Origin: Macrostomum lignano
Taxonomy: Eukaryota
Reading direction: 5' to 3'
Length of the DNA stretch: 64,000 nucleotides
Assembly (NCBI GenBank): GCA_002269645.1
Contig: NIVC01001486.1
Coordinates: 124,001-188,000, forward strand
Translations under genes and position numbers: made by a program
Notes under the pieces: model-generated
Told to the model about the DNA's origin: nothing
Databases searched by the model: none
Seen by the model: the letters and a program-made list of their open reading frames with translations, nothing else
Shown: one piece after another, positions 1-12,789 of the stretch
Layout of the letters: every line of letters starts with the position of its first letter
Position numbering within the stretch: the stretch's first letter is position 1

Positions 1-158
<158 letters not shown>

Positions 159-265
159 CTAAATCCTAATTAGATAGTTTAGTAATTACAGTAATAAGAA
201 ATCCTAAATTCCAATTAAGGAAATCCCAAATCCCATAAAAACCCGAGATCCCTTCAAGATTCCAA

Positions 266-1415
266 CCCGTTGGAAAAGTTATGCACCTGCAGAGGCATAA
301 AAGGTGAACGAGGTGCACAAAAGAGGCACTTTAGTGGCCTATTTCGTGCATGTTTTGGAAATGCACCTGAGTGCACCTTTTATGCCTAAATGTCACCAAT
401 ATTTTTGAAAAGAGGCATGAAAGGTGTAAAATCGGTGAAGTGGTCAGGCAGTAGGTGAATTCTCAATTTTGATTGGTTGGGGCAGTAGGGGCAGTAAAGG
501 TGCATAAGGGGCACTGGAGGTGCGCAAAAGGTGAACAGCAGGCTCACAAGTGAGGCACAGCAGTTGCAGGAAAGGTGCTGAAGGGGCGCAGAAAGTGCAC
601 GAAAGGTGAATCAGTGGTGCATAAGGTGTACATGTGCGGCGTAAATATGTATACAGGTGCATTTCCAAAACACGCTCGAAATAGACCCCTAAAGTGCCTC
701 TTCTGTGCACCTCGCTCACCTTTCATGCCTATGCACGAATTACTGCATTAATAATTCGTAACAAAACATTAACTGAGAGTTACATACTCGTATATTGCAT
801 GCACAGATTGAACATAGAAAAGCTTTATTTACACCTTTACTACACCTTTACTTACACCTTTACACCTACACCTTTAATCGCTGCTATCCCCTTCCTGATC
901 CTAACAAACCACGAAAGTAAACATTTCCTGTACTGATAATTTTTAATAAATTTTAACTCAGGAAAATTTCCGAAAAGTGATGAAAAGGTTGGCATTAATG
1001 AGGAAAAATTTCGAATAGTGAGAAAAGGTAGCAAAGAACTTCGCCAGTTGAAACTTTAACGCCCCCTTGCATTGCTTCTACGCCTAAAGTGCCCACTGTG
1101 CACCTTTTATTCACCTTTCGTGCCTCCAGTGCACACTGTACACTTTTTATGCACCTCCACCGCAGCCCACCTTTTTTTCACCTTTCACTCCACCAATGCC
1201 CCCAATGCCTACTTTGTTCACCTTTTGTGCCTCAACGCACACTGTGCACCTTTAATGCACCTAATTCCCCTACGACAACTGTGCCCCTACCGCCTAGTTC
1301 GTGCACAAAAGGTGCACAAGTGGCACAGAATAGGCATAAAAGAGGCGAAAGTGAGGCAGAAGGTGCAAAACTCTTCACCTTTCATGCCTACTTTAAAAAC
1401 TCTAAATCCAACGGG
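266..1415. mobile_element. Non-autonomous TIR/foldback element in CHD intron 1
   Basis: Termini CCCGTTGGA (266-274) / TCCAACGGG (1407-1415). Internal ~76 bp inverted pair 294-369 / 654-729. Interior built of GTGCAC/AAAGGTG motifs. Confidence 0.6.
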
Positions 1416-1443
1416 CGAATCAAGAATCTTAAATCCCACTTCT

Positions 1444-1614
1444 CAAGAATCCCAGATCCCAATTCAAGAATCCCAGATCCCAATTCAAGAATCCCAGATC
1501 CCAATTCAAGAATCCCAGATCCCAATTCAAGAATCCCAGATCCCAATTCAAGAATCCCAGATCCCAATTCAAGAATCCCAGATCCCAATTCAAGAATCCC
1601 AGATCCCAATTCAA
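1444..1614. repeat. 21-bp minisatellite, ~8 perfect copies
   Basis: Unit CAAGAATCCCAGATCCCAATT repeated without spacers; explains the periodic ORFs at 1072-1676. Confidence 0.97.
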
Positions 1615-1755
1615 TAATCTCATATCCCAATTTAAGAATACCTTATCCCAGTTACAGATTTCTAAATCCCAAATAAAAAATGCCAGATTTCAATTCGATA
1701 AAACTCATATCCCAGTTGAAAAAACTTCAAATTCTCCCCAGCAACAAGTCAGCAC

Positions 1756-2810
1756 CTGTCTGTAGTGCGCAGGTGACTCCCGCCGGCTGAGCCGCCACCA
1801 GCAGCGGCCGCCCGCTTAGCAGCCGCGTTGCTTTTCCGCGATTTGCGAATCTCCTTCTCCTCCTCTTGGACTCGTTCGGCCTCTTCAAGCTGACGCTCGA
1901 ACTCCTCGTCAGACGTGTTGTTGCCGCCGCCACCACCACCGCCGCCTCCGCCCCCGCGTTTCTTTTTCTTCTTTGAGGAAGGCGGCCCGGCTGAAGAAGG
2001 CGACGCGGCGACGGCGCCAGCAGCGGGAGCCTCTGCTGGTGGCCTTTTCTTTTTGTTCTTCTGGCCGCGGCTAATTTTGATTTTCAAACCGCTAGCCTGG
2101 CCGGACTCGCTGGCATCGGCATCGGGAGATTCAACGCTTGCCGAAGCTGCCGCGGCGGCTGCTGCTGCCGCTGCTGCTGCACTGGGCCGACCGCCGCCTC
2201 GACCCTTTCGCTTCTTCCCTCGGCGGCTGGGCGTGGCAGCAGCCTCCGCCACCGCCGGCTCTTCATCTTCAGCTGGAGCAGCCGCCGACTCATCCGCCGC
2301 CAGCTCCGAGTCATCTTCGGCAGCGGCAGTCGATTCATCAGGGCTGTCATCGGCCAGATCCTCCTTGGGAATGTAGGGATTCAACGAAGCGAACTCCTTC
2401 CACTTGGCGTCCAAGACGGTTTTGAGATCGTCCTCGCTGGCGTCGGGATTTCGCTCTTCTAGCAGAGGCTGGAAATATCGATTGAACAGCTTCTGGATTG
2501 TCCAGTTCTCGAAGTTCTCCGACGTGTAGGACAGGTCAACGTCTTGGATGCCGAGCTCTTCACAGATTTCTTCTACGGATTTTTTCTGCTTGCTTCGCTG
2601 CTGCCGGCCTGCCGATCGTCTGGATGAGGCGGCCCGCGACCCAGAGCTGGCGGTGGCCGCTCCGTAGTCTTCAAAATCGATTTCTACTGTTCTGTTTCTC
2701 TTGGCCTTGCCCGACCGGCTCTCGCGGGCGTCGCTGCCGCGATTGCGGCGCTTCCGACGGCCATCGTCGCGGACTGACGTGTCTGCGTCGGTCAACTCGT
2801 CTGGGTCCAT
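1756..2810 (-). CDS. Mi-2: Mi-2/CHD3-4-5 chromatin remodeller, exon 1 (CHDNT domain, Lys/Ala/Gly-rich linker)
   Basis: ORF 1749..2810 contains a CHDNT-like block (DVDLSYTSENFENW...FQPLLEERNP...LDAKWKEFASLNPY). GT donor at 1755 (AG|GTGCTG) splices in frame to the PHD exon. Confidence 0.9.
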
Positions 2811-2949
2811 GACAGCTCGGCTGAGTCAGCAGCGAAGTGATTGTTTGAGCTCGCACATGTATGCATTCATTACATTTTATGCTATGTATGTTATGTTATG
2901 CCCAACTAGGGCCAGATGTGCAACCGACAGCTCAGCTGCAGCTATTGCA

Positions 2950-3178
2950 CAGCGCATCTGAGAGCTGATTACGGCTGTTCAGTCCAAGGACTGGTGGGTC
3001 ACCACACACACTCAATTACCCCAGCTAATGCTGGCACCCATTTTACAGCTGGGTGAACTGAAGCAATGCAGAGTTATTAGTGTCTTGCTCAAGGACAAAA
3101 ATTGTCCCAGTGGGATTGGGAATCGAACCTCTGACCTATAAGTTGTAAGTCTGATACTCTAAAAATTAGGCTATAACT
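2950..3178 (-). mobile_element. tRNA-derived SINE with CORE-like body (family 1)
   Basis: Minus strand has A-box-like TAGCCTAA and B-box GGTTCGATTCCC, then GTCCTTGAGCAAGACAC...CTGTAAAATGGGTGCCAG...GGACTGAACAGCCGTA, shared with the copy at 26.4 kb. Confidence 0.75.
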
Positions 3179-5411
3179 CTCTTACAACTGAAAGGTTTAA
3201 ATATTTAATTCTTGACCACAAAAAGCAATGTTTTCTTGAGCAAGATACTTAACTTTGCCTTGATTCAGTTCAATAATTATAAATTTGAGTAAGATGCCAA
3301 ATTATTATTTTCTTTTTTTATAATTAATAAAATATGATAACACATCTGCAAACATTTCACTTGAACTAAGGTGTTATTTATTTTTAAGCTAACTTGTTCT
3401 AATTTATTCTTGTAACAGTTTTATTCAATAAATTTTATTTGGAAGGTACCAGTTAGCAATTGAAGCAAAAATAAATATACTCAAAATAATTTTGTTTAAT
3501 ACTAATTATATTCAATTAAATCTAATATTACTAATTTAATTATCAACATTTATTTGTATGCTTATTGCTAAGGTACCAAAAAGCAAACTAGGGTACCAAG
3601 TTGCTAGGCACCAAAAAGTATACCTATACTTTTAGCAAGCATGTGGCATAATAAAGGGCCTTATCAAAAACTACTCAAGATTGACTTAACTGTTAAAAAT
3701 TTGTTAGGTCCCACTCCCACACTTTCAAATATATTGCACGGCACACTAGAAAAAATTACCCTAATAAAAACCATAAGTTCAAGTTTATGGATGTTTTTTG
3801 CATTGCAACAATATTAAGATCTTTTCTTATATTACAACATCTTGTATGTCTTGTATGCCAATAGCTATGCTATAGCTTTGTCAGTTTCTGATGCAATTTG
3901 TTCTATATTCTAGATATTTTATATTAACCATTTTTTCATATCTATTGTATGCTAGAAGTTTTTGGCATATATGTACGATTTAAGCATAGAGGTTGGGCCT
4001 CATGACTTGATTTAAGGTCTTAAGCATCTCTTAAGCTTAGCTTAAAAAGATCTAGGCCTTCTAGCATTAGTGCCAGGGTATAGCCTAACTTTTAGGGGGC
4101 TATAGAAAATCCTAGAGACATGTCCATGCCACACTCCAGATCATGTAATATATGCCCAAAAATTCAGGCGTGAATTGGCCTTGTACGCCAAAATTAAGTG
4201 CGCACAATTGGCATGTCACTCCTAAGAAAAAAGTATATGTGCACACCTGGCATATAATTTATGGAATCAGGCATAAAAGTTTTTGGGAAGTAGAAAAAAA
4301 CTGAAAAAAAGTTAAATTTCAAGTGTAAATTTCAAGCTTTCCAGTTTTTTCAAGCTTGTAAGAAGCATTTAAACAAATCTTTGCATGTATTAATTTTCTG
4401 CTATAAATAGTATTGCCAAAAAAGAATAAAAATCAACTAAATTACATGCTGGTAAGGGTCTTATTACGCAATTTAAAGAAGGCCATTCATTGTCAAAAGC
4501 TAAAAAAGGTCATTTATTATTGCAACACGAGCATATTTTTGGGAATGGGTGTGCACTAAATTTTTTTTTGGTATGCATCAAATATTCCCCATTTATACCA
4601 GTGCTAAGGCAAAAAATGCTAGCATTCCTTCAGTTTACGATCCCCCCAAACAGTGACAATCACCTTAAACAGTGACAATCACCACAAAAAACAGTTGTAA
4701 GACATAAAATCCATAGTTTCCAATGAAACAAAATCAAATGTTGGCGAACTGACTTTGTTTATTTCAAAAGATGGTAAGATTGTTGTAGCACCTTATATTT
4801 CACTTTCAGTTTATGATCACCTAAATGTATGCTACCCATTGAAATGATTGTAAAATGTAAACTGAAGCTGGCAATAGGAAAACCTGTCAAACTAATTTCA
4901 ACTATCAAGTTGCAAGTTTGAGCTACAGTAGCCTATATTTTTCACAAATTTTTTTCAAAAGTGAGGGGAGTGCAGCGCTGAAGATTAATTATAGTAAGCT
5001 AGGGTTGATATCTTATATACTAAAAATGGTCTGTCTGTGTCTATCTATCTATCTATCTATGTGATCAATGGGTTGACTGATGCTAGGGTTGACATGGTTT
5101 CCTAGAGCTAGCTTTGGATGATTGTAAACCAAAGGTGATATATATAAGCTACTAGTGAACCAATGTACAATCTTTTCAATTTCAACTAAACAAAGTTAGT
5201 TGATCAGCCAACTTTAGCTTTCTTTTCATTTGAAACTACCATTGGTTTTTATGTCTTAGTTTTAAACATGCCATTTTTGCACTGTGGTAAGCAAAATATA
5301 AGGTGATTGTAAACCAAAGCTGGAAAAATAGGTGATCATAAACTGAAACTGGCAAAATAGACAATGATTGTAAACCGAAAGACTGCCAAAAATGCTTTTG
5401 TGCCATACTTA

Positions 5412-6189
5412 TCCCTATTGGAATAAGTTGACAAAACGCGGATGACCATCCGTTGCATTTTCAGATTCTCCTAGTGTCGCGTTGCGCGACAGTGGTGTCA
5501 AGTGGTGTGTCATGTCACGCGACACTGTGGAAACCTAGTGTCATCATGCATCGCGTCGCGCGATGCAACAATGTGGCAACTTGGCGGCTGGCATTGTCAT
5601 GTGTTGCGTTGCAGCCTAGATCTGTAGCCAAAACCTTGCAAACTGTGTTTCATTATAATATGTTCATGGCTGTTTCTCAGTATTTAAATGTTTCAAACAT
5701 GTTTGATAATAACTAGTTCTTAAATTGTTCTTTTTTATTTTGATAGTAAAGTAACTAATACTTTAAATATAATTTTTAGAAATGTTACTTGTTAGTTACA
5801 ATGTGTGCACTGTTTTTTTAGGTGTTGTACCTTTCTTGTTTTACTGTTTATTTCTTTTCATTTTCTTATCAGAGAAACTTTCTTATCTTTTCTTTTCTTA
5901 TCAGAAAAGAAACTTCATTTCTTTTTCTGCAAAATTGAAAGGAATACTCTTGTCCCTCACCCCATGGTGGCCTCAGTGTCAGGGGTGAATGGCAGAATGG
6001 GAATTTTCAATTGCATTGTGGCTGCTATAGTGTCTTCCCCCTAGTCATTTGGTCAATAGACATTGGTGTTGCAATAGGCGTCGCCACCCCCTAGTCAATA
6101 AAATTTGGTGTCACGTTGCACTTTTGAGGGCACAATTTTGGTACCCATGTTGCGCGTCCATGGGTTTTTGAAACTTATTCCAATAGGGA
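5412..6189. mobile_element. MITE-like element with 18-bp TIRs
   Basis: TCCCTATTGGAATAAGTT (5412-5429) is the exact inverted repeat of AACTTATTCCAATAGGGA (6172-6189). Confidence 0.6.
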
Positions 6190-6839
6190 CACTTATTGAC
6201 CTTGGCAAAATTTGTAATTATTGACTGACAAAAAATAATATATATATACATGACATATCTAGCAAACTTGTGAAACTCTTAATGGTTAATATGTGCTTAG
6301 CTTTTATTTGTTTAAAAACTTGCATGATTAAATTTAAAATATTGAATATAGACCCATTACACTTATAATAAAAGTAAAACAAAGTTATTGTATTTATTTT
6401 AAAAGCATAACAACTGACTTATCATTAGGCCTACATTAGGCAAAAATTAAATAGACATTAATTTAAACTTAGTTTAAACTTTAAACCTAAAAACACTATA
6501 TCCCAAAAAATTTGCTTACAAAATTTATATGCTTTAAGCTATGGGACCTACCTAGGCAGGATAAAAAAATTGTGCAAAAAAGTGCACAATGTTTTATACC
6601 AAAATAGGCCTAACCATGCAAAGATTCTATTAGTGGCTTAATAGTAGAACTAACATATATATACATGGATAGTATTCAAATATTATTTTAAATTGGATAG
6701 GCCTAGCTCAAGAATGAGAAGTCTAAAGACTATAGGAGTACAATGTTGTACATTTAGGCTAGCGGCCTAAGACTATTTACTATTCCTAGGCCTACCAAAC
6801 TAATGTTTTAACTGGGGCTGGTTTATTAGGCCTAGCTAG

Positions 6840-7230
6840 TAGAGGTTGGACAGGATCCTGATCCCAATCCTGAAATCTCGGGATCCCAAAGAAAATTGAA
6901 TTCCCGCGGGACCAGAATCCTGACCCTAAAAAACTCAGATTTGGGAATAGGTCTTTTGATTAAAAATTTATAGAAGTACTCTAGTGATTACTTGAAGGTA
7001 TTTTGCTTTAACTTATACTCGTTACATTATTTACTTTGTTGGTTACAAAACTTCATATCAATTTTGTTGTGTTTTACTTCTTGATCTTGACAATCTTTTC
7101 TCAATTTTGTTTAACTTTACATGGACAATACACTGAAAGACCTGATCCCGATTCTGAAATCCCGATCCTAAGAAAAAAAGTATTTCCGATCCCAATCCTG
7201 CCCAAAGATTTCAATCCTGTCCAACCTCTA
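6840..7230. mobile_element. MITE with TIRs and ATCCC-rich subterminal repeats
   Basis: TAGAGGTTGGACAGGAT ... ATCCTGTCCAACCTCTA, flanked by CTAG on both sides. Confidence 0.75.
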
Positions 7231-8795
7231 CTAGGCCCTAGTACTAGCTAGAGCTTTAGCAATATATTTATCAACTATTTTAGTATTTAATTTTCAATCT
7301 AACATGACATATACCTACTAGCCTAAACTAGAGTTTACACTACTTCACACATGACAGACCTGTATAACTTCTGAAATTAGTGTCTGAAAGTGCGTCAGCA
7401 AAAGTTAACTGTTACGACACAATAAGTAGACCATCTAAAGTTCCAAAAAGCAAGCTTCCTCCTAAAGCACTAGGGGGTCATCTAAAAGGAAATAGTCTCT
7501 CTCTAATTCAATATACAACAATTTGTCCGTAGTTTGACATTTCAGGGAAGTAAAGAGCTCGATATTTTTTTTATTTATAGATATTGTAGGCCCTGACTGC
7601 CAGGGAGCCAGCGATTGGCGCTGCAGCCTGCAGCTAGCCTGCCCTAAGTAAGTAGTACTGACGAGACGATCGTCCTAGTTTTGGTTTTAGTGGATCGAGC
7701 CAATGCTTGATTGGCATGATTGATGCATTCCAGCCAGCGACTAGGCCTAGGGCCTAATATGGAAGCGGATTACAAATACGAAATATTATACTGAGTAACT
7801 GAGGGAGGGAGGGTCCAAGCCTTCAGAATTAAAATCGCCGAACTTAAACTCATTTTTATTTCTTGGAAGTTATTCTTTTAAAACAAAGTAGGGGCTAGAC
7901 TCAGATTGATTGGATGCCGACATAAAAGATTTTATCAGCTTCAAGATTAAATTCATCAATTTTAGAGGTTATACGCGTTTTAGGCCTACACAGTCTGGTT
8001 TTCCGTGTTGGAACACTAATGTTTGCAAAGACAAGAGGATGTATTTCACAATTCCACAAATAATTTCGGGCAATGAATTAATTTCATGGGCCTTATATCT
8101 ACTTGATCCGTAGACTGTTGTTTTATGAATTGTTAGTTTTGTGTGTGAACGATCATCAGAAGAAATACTGCTGTGCAGGTACAGGCACAGCAAGCTAAAC
8201 TTGAAATGGCCGAACAGTGTTAGGGGGATATAAACAATAAAAAATGATAAAAACAAAAACATACATAAATATACAAAAACATAGACGCCTATTCTATTTT
8301 GCATGATGTGCTTTTATCGAAAAACACTTTTAGGAAATCGAATTATGAAGTTTTTAAATAAGTGCAAAAATCCAGAAATATGACCGTGTTCAGTTGTAAT
8401 AATAAAACGAATTCCGAAAATACAAAGCCTAGTTCTAATAAGTTAGTGCAGTTTTTGAAAGTTCTCTCCGTTTAATTTACGCCTAAATTCTGCTGATATG
8501 TTTTAGTCCCAATTGTGTAAGAAGCTAGTTTATTCAGTTTATAACGGTGTTTTCCGGCATTGTCAGTTATCGTAAACAGCCATAGTTAAAGAGCCTTACG
8601 ATACGACGGTGCTCTCATTGCTTACCAAAGTAATTAGTCCCATACTCAAAGCTCGCTTAAAAGAATACGTAATTTCTAGGATTAGGTATTGGTACATTAC
8701 ACATTCAGTTTAATTTGCATAAATAGGGCTTCTTACTTGCTTATTTGGTTTGAAAACCTAATTTTAGTAAATACCAAAGACCGAACTTATAAGAT

Positions 8796-8964
8796 ATGAC
8801 TGAACACGATGATGGCCAGGGAGAGTTGGACATGAGCCACGGTGGAGTTGGTGGCTTTCGATCTCAGCGTGATCAACAAAGACAGCAAGAAATAGAATAC
8901 TACGAAGAAGAGCTCTCCAGACTTGATGACAGCTATCCTTGTGCTCGCAATGCTTTGGAACTTG
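8796..8964 (+). CDS. KHDRBS: STAR-family KH RNA-binding protein (KHDRBS/Sam68-like), exon 1 (Qua1 region)
   Basis: MTEHDD...EIEYYEEELSRLDDSYPCARNALEL; strong donor G|GTAAGC at 8965; phase 1 joins exon 2 to give LEIHRVRG. Confidence 0.8.
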
Positions 8965-9529
8965 GTAAGCATATAAAAACAGTTTTGCCTAGACCTAGCC
9001 ACCTCTTGTCTATCCCCAATGCCCTATGTTTTAGCTTAGTAGGCTAATAATAATATTATGCCTAGTATAGTAATAGCTTACAAAATCCTGGGCATAATCC
9101 TGGGCATCCTAGGCATAAGTCATATTATAATATTCCTTTAAGTTGCATAGGCCCAACCTAATTCAAAAGCATAGGCTATTATAGGCATAGGCATAGGTTA
9201 GGCATAAGCTATAAAGCATAGGCTAGTATAACTATACATAATCAAGCTTAATGATGTAGTGTAAATTATACTAAACAATCATTTGCCTAAGTAAAGTAAA
9301 TTTTAAAACTATAACAATAAATTATTTTTTAGATAGTATACCAAAAGTTCCTATTCTATAGTAACTAATAAAAAGTAATAATATACTTTAATCAATAGTA
9401 CACATAACTATTTTGTTTTATAAATTAAACAGTTTTATGTTTTGTAGCAATTTTTGTTACATACATTTGCATGTGTCTATTGCTTGTTGCATTGGTTAAA
9501 GCACTTTTTAATCACACAATTTTTAGTAA

Positions 9530-10650
9530 TCTCTAACTATAAAAATCAAAACTCTGTCTGTGTGTCTGTGGACAATTTTGATCGCTTTGGACTCCCAAAC
9601 CGCTCAACCAAATGACACCAAATTTTACACCCACCCTAAACTCACTACGGAGAATGTCTTAGGCTACCTTTAAATTTCCTAAATTTGAGTCTTCCTACCT
9701 AAAAGTACAAAAAACTGCTCAAATGCGCGATTTTTTAACTAAATCCTCCATAGCGCCGTTCCACTTTGACCGATTCTCTTCAAATTTGACACAGATAATC
9801 TTCAACTATTTTGGAACAATCATGTAAAATTTCAAGTTTCAAAGTTAATCCTGAACAGCGCTGTGCACTTTTAAAGTTAGGCTGCTTTTTTCAGCGTAGC
9901 AACCACCCCAACCTCCGCCTGCCTGCCTCTCTTTCTCGATCCCGATCTGGGCCCAGATGTGTAAAAGGGTTTCAAAATTGACTAACTTTCAGCTGCCATA
10001 AGTTTGCTCCAAATAAAGCGATTGACTTCAAACTTGACACAATTCTTCATTGACTCATTCTCTATCTAAATGTAAAGTTTCAACTCTGTAACTCAACCGA
10101 AAAAGAAACTGTAAGCATATGAAGTTTGTCTGCTTTTTCTGTTGTTTGTGCTGCTCACTCACTCATTCCCCCAGCCCAGACGAAGGGTCAGGCGATAGGG
10201 CTCAATGTACATAGCAAATGTACAGTGTTTTGGAATAACTTTTTAATAGCCTTCTCTGCACCCCGCGAGTGGAGAGGCGTAGAGAAGAGAGACAGTTAAG
10301 CGAGAGATTCAAACCACTGTCCTCTGTATAGACACAAGTCTGCAGCAGTTTAACAGTGGATGGCAATTGGCAATTGGCAAATCGAGGGAATCCACTATCC
10401 AGCATGGTTTGTAAAAGCGAAAGATTTATGAAAAGGCGATGCGATGCAATGCAATACAACCCTACTAAATTGGGCACACCATGGAAATTTTAGGTTTCTT
10501 TTAAAGGTACTATGTAAATATTAAATGGCCTCCTAAGAAATGTGTATTTCTTTGGTTGTTAGACTGATGCAGACTGCAGTGGAGCTGAAGATACAAAAAT
10601 TCCTTTCAGGGCTGCAAATTGGCAAGAAAGATGACATGATCAAAGCATGA
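9530..10650 (+). mobile_element. Degenerate non-autonomous Helitron (5' end, UTR modules, decayed RepHel start)
   Basis: A|TCTCTAACTATAAAAA...CTGTCTGTGTGTC resembles Helitron 5' ends. 10527 and 10590-10645 are decayed copies of RepHel ORF segments at 14141 and 14390-14445. Confidence 0.6.
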
Positions 10651-10698
10651 GAACAACCATGAGAGTATTACGCACGTCCCACAAACTGGCTTTCCAAG

Positions 10699-11459
10699 CA
10701 GGGATGGGCAGACTTTTACCTCAAAGGCCAGATAAAGAATCCAGCTCATAGCTGAGGGGCAGATGAAAGTGGAAAGAAGAAGGAATAGACGATTCGAAGA
10801 GAGGAGAGGCGACAGAGGGGATAAAAGAAAAGATAAAAGATAATAGGAGAGATGAGGGGGTGAGGACGATGAGAGAGAGGGGGAGAAGAGGGGAGAGAGG
10901 AAAAGTGAGAGGAGAGAGTAGAGATGAGAGAGCAGAGAGCTGCAGATGAGAGGAGAGAGCAGAGAGGAGAGCAGAGAGGAAACAGGTGAAAGAAGAGATG
11001 AGAGAGTAAAGGGAAGAGAGAAGAGATAAAGATACATCTCTACATCTCTAAGGTTGTAGAGATGAGAGAGGTTGAAGGAGAGATAAGAAATGAGAGATGA
11101 GAGATAATGGAGAGAGGAGAGTGGAGTGAGAGAAGAGAGGGAGACAGAGTATAGAAAAGGGAAAAAGAGAAAAGAAGAAAGGAGAAAGGAAAGTGAGGAG
11201 TCAAAAGAGGGGAAAGAAAAGAGTACAGAGGAGAAAGGTGAGAGAACATATAAGACAGAGAGGGGGGGCCAGATTAAAGAGGGGGATGAGAGAGCAGAGA
11301 CGAGAGTGAACAGATAAAAGATGGGAGAGTAGAGAGAACAGAGGAGAGGTTACAGAGACGAGAGGAGAGAGGAGAGACAAATGTAGAGAAGTGAGTGAGG
11401 AGAGAGGAGAGGAAAGAGGAGAATGGAGAGGGGAGAGAGTAGAGAGAGGAGGAGAGATA

Positions 11460-11499
<40 letters not shown>

Positions 11500-11800
11500 C
11501 AGAGAGAAATGAGAAGAGATAAGAGAGAAAAGATAAAAAGAAGAGAAAGGAAAGACGAGAGAGAAAAGAGGTGCGGGAAGAGACGAGAGAAGAGGGGAGA
11601 GATGAGAGAGTTAAGAGAAGAGAGAAAAGAAATAGAAAGGAGAAGGAAGATAAGAGAGAAGAAGGGTGAGAGGAGAGAGGAGAGGGGAGAGAGAAGAGAG
11701 AAAACGAAAAAGTAGATGGGAGAGAGAAAAGAAGAGACAAGAGATGAGATAAGAGAGATGAAAGAGAAGAGAGATGAGGGAAGAGAGAAGAGAGAAATAT
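10699..11800. repeat. hAT-type left terminus followed by ~1 kb GA-rich low-complexity tract
   Basis: CAGGGATGGGCAGACTTTT...AAAGGCCAGAT resembles the left end at 51581, then purine-only sequence; no right terminus found. Confidence 0.55.
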
Positions 11801-12789
11801 TCACTTTTGTCATATGATCATTTAAATGATAAAATTATATATAGGTGATTATAAGAAAAAACTGAACTTACCTTTGTCTTACAATCACCCTGCAATACAA
11901 AACATATCCATTTAATGGGAAAGGAGTGCCCAAAATTGGTTCTTGGTTTCTGATGGCTTTGGGGCATTTAGTTTATAGAAATTGTGAAAGCTAAAATTGT
12001 TTGTTTTGTTTAATTGAAACATTGATTATACCAACAATTTCCTATCATTTCAAAAATATGATCCCTTTAATACAATTCTACTATTGGTGTAATCATAATT
12101 CAAAACCTATAAGCTTTTTCAATTTCGTCTTGCAATAACCTACATATAATTTCACCTTTTAACTGATTGTAAATGATCATATTATATAACAGAGGTGAAT
12201 ATAAGATTTATGTTTCTATAAGACAAGATTTAATACTACTATAAAAGTATGCTTAGAAGTGGTCTTATTTTTTTCTTCTATGGGGGATTGTATAATACAA
12301 GTCCTAACTCCTATAGGGACCATAGTCTGGATCATGTTGAGTGTACTCTGGAATGTTCTAAACCAAGGCATTGCCAATGCCAAGTAGATGCACACCAGTG
12401 CCAAGCATATGCATGCCAAACTAATATGTTACAAAAGCAACACACAACTTTTTATATTAAAAAATGTCCTTCAAAAAATAGCTTCAACATTTTTTTACTT
12501 TTTTAGCATGCAAATATATATTTGTTTTTGGCATATTAAAATTTACTTGTCATTTTGCAATAAAAATAAGTATGAATTCTTGTTTTCACAAGACCATGTC
12601 TTTTCACAAACTTTTGTCTCAACAAAACATGCCCACTATCATGCCAGGCCACATTCTATGTCAGCTATCAAGAGTCAAGCAAGACAATGTGGGATGGTTT
12701 TTAAAAATAGTGAAAAATTAATGAATCCTACTAAATTAGTTAGTTACAGCATGAAGCTTTTAACATTAAGATTCGTAAAACTTTAAAAT

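Noticed and set aside
1072-1676. Periodic ORFs over minisatellites (also 42979-43289, 53592-54363, 57354-57701)
   Set aside because: Open only because the repeat unit lacks stops; 1072-1676 lies inside the CHD intron.
5011-5155. Mini-Helitron (A|TC start, (TATC)n, CTAG|T)
   Set aside because: No convincing hairpin at the right distance from CTAG; too short to support.
7590-8793. Non-coding first exon and 5' UTR intron of KHDRBS (GTAAGT at 7648, AG at 8793)
   Set aside because: Plausible but rests on isolated splice-like motifs; CCAAT boxes fall inside the putative intron, and trans-splicing would explain the acceptor equally well.
10606-11813. Long Leu/Ser/Phe or Arg/Glu ORFs (also 51578-51965, 34212-34490, 54988-55438)
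   Set aside because: Artefacts of GA/CT low-complexity sequence.
12249-12506. Cys/His-rich frame in KHDRBS intron 1 as an extra exon
   Set aside because: No recognisable domain or convincing splice sites; exons 1 and 2 already join in phase.
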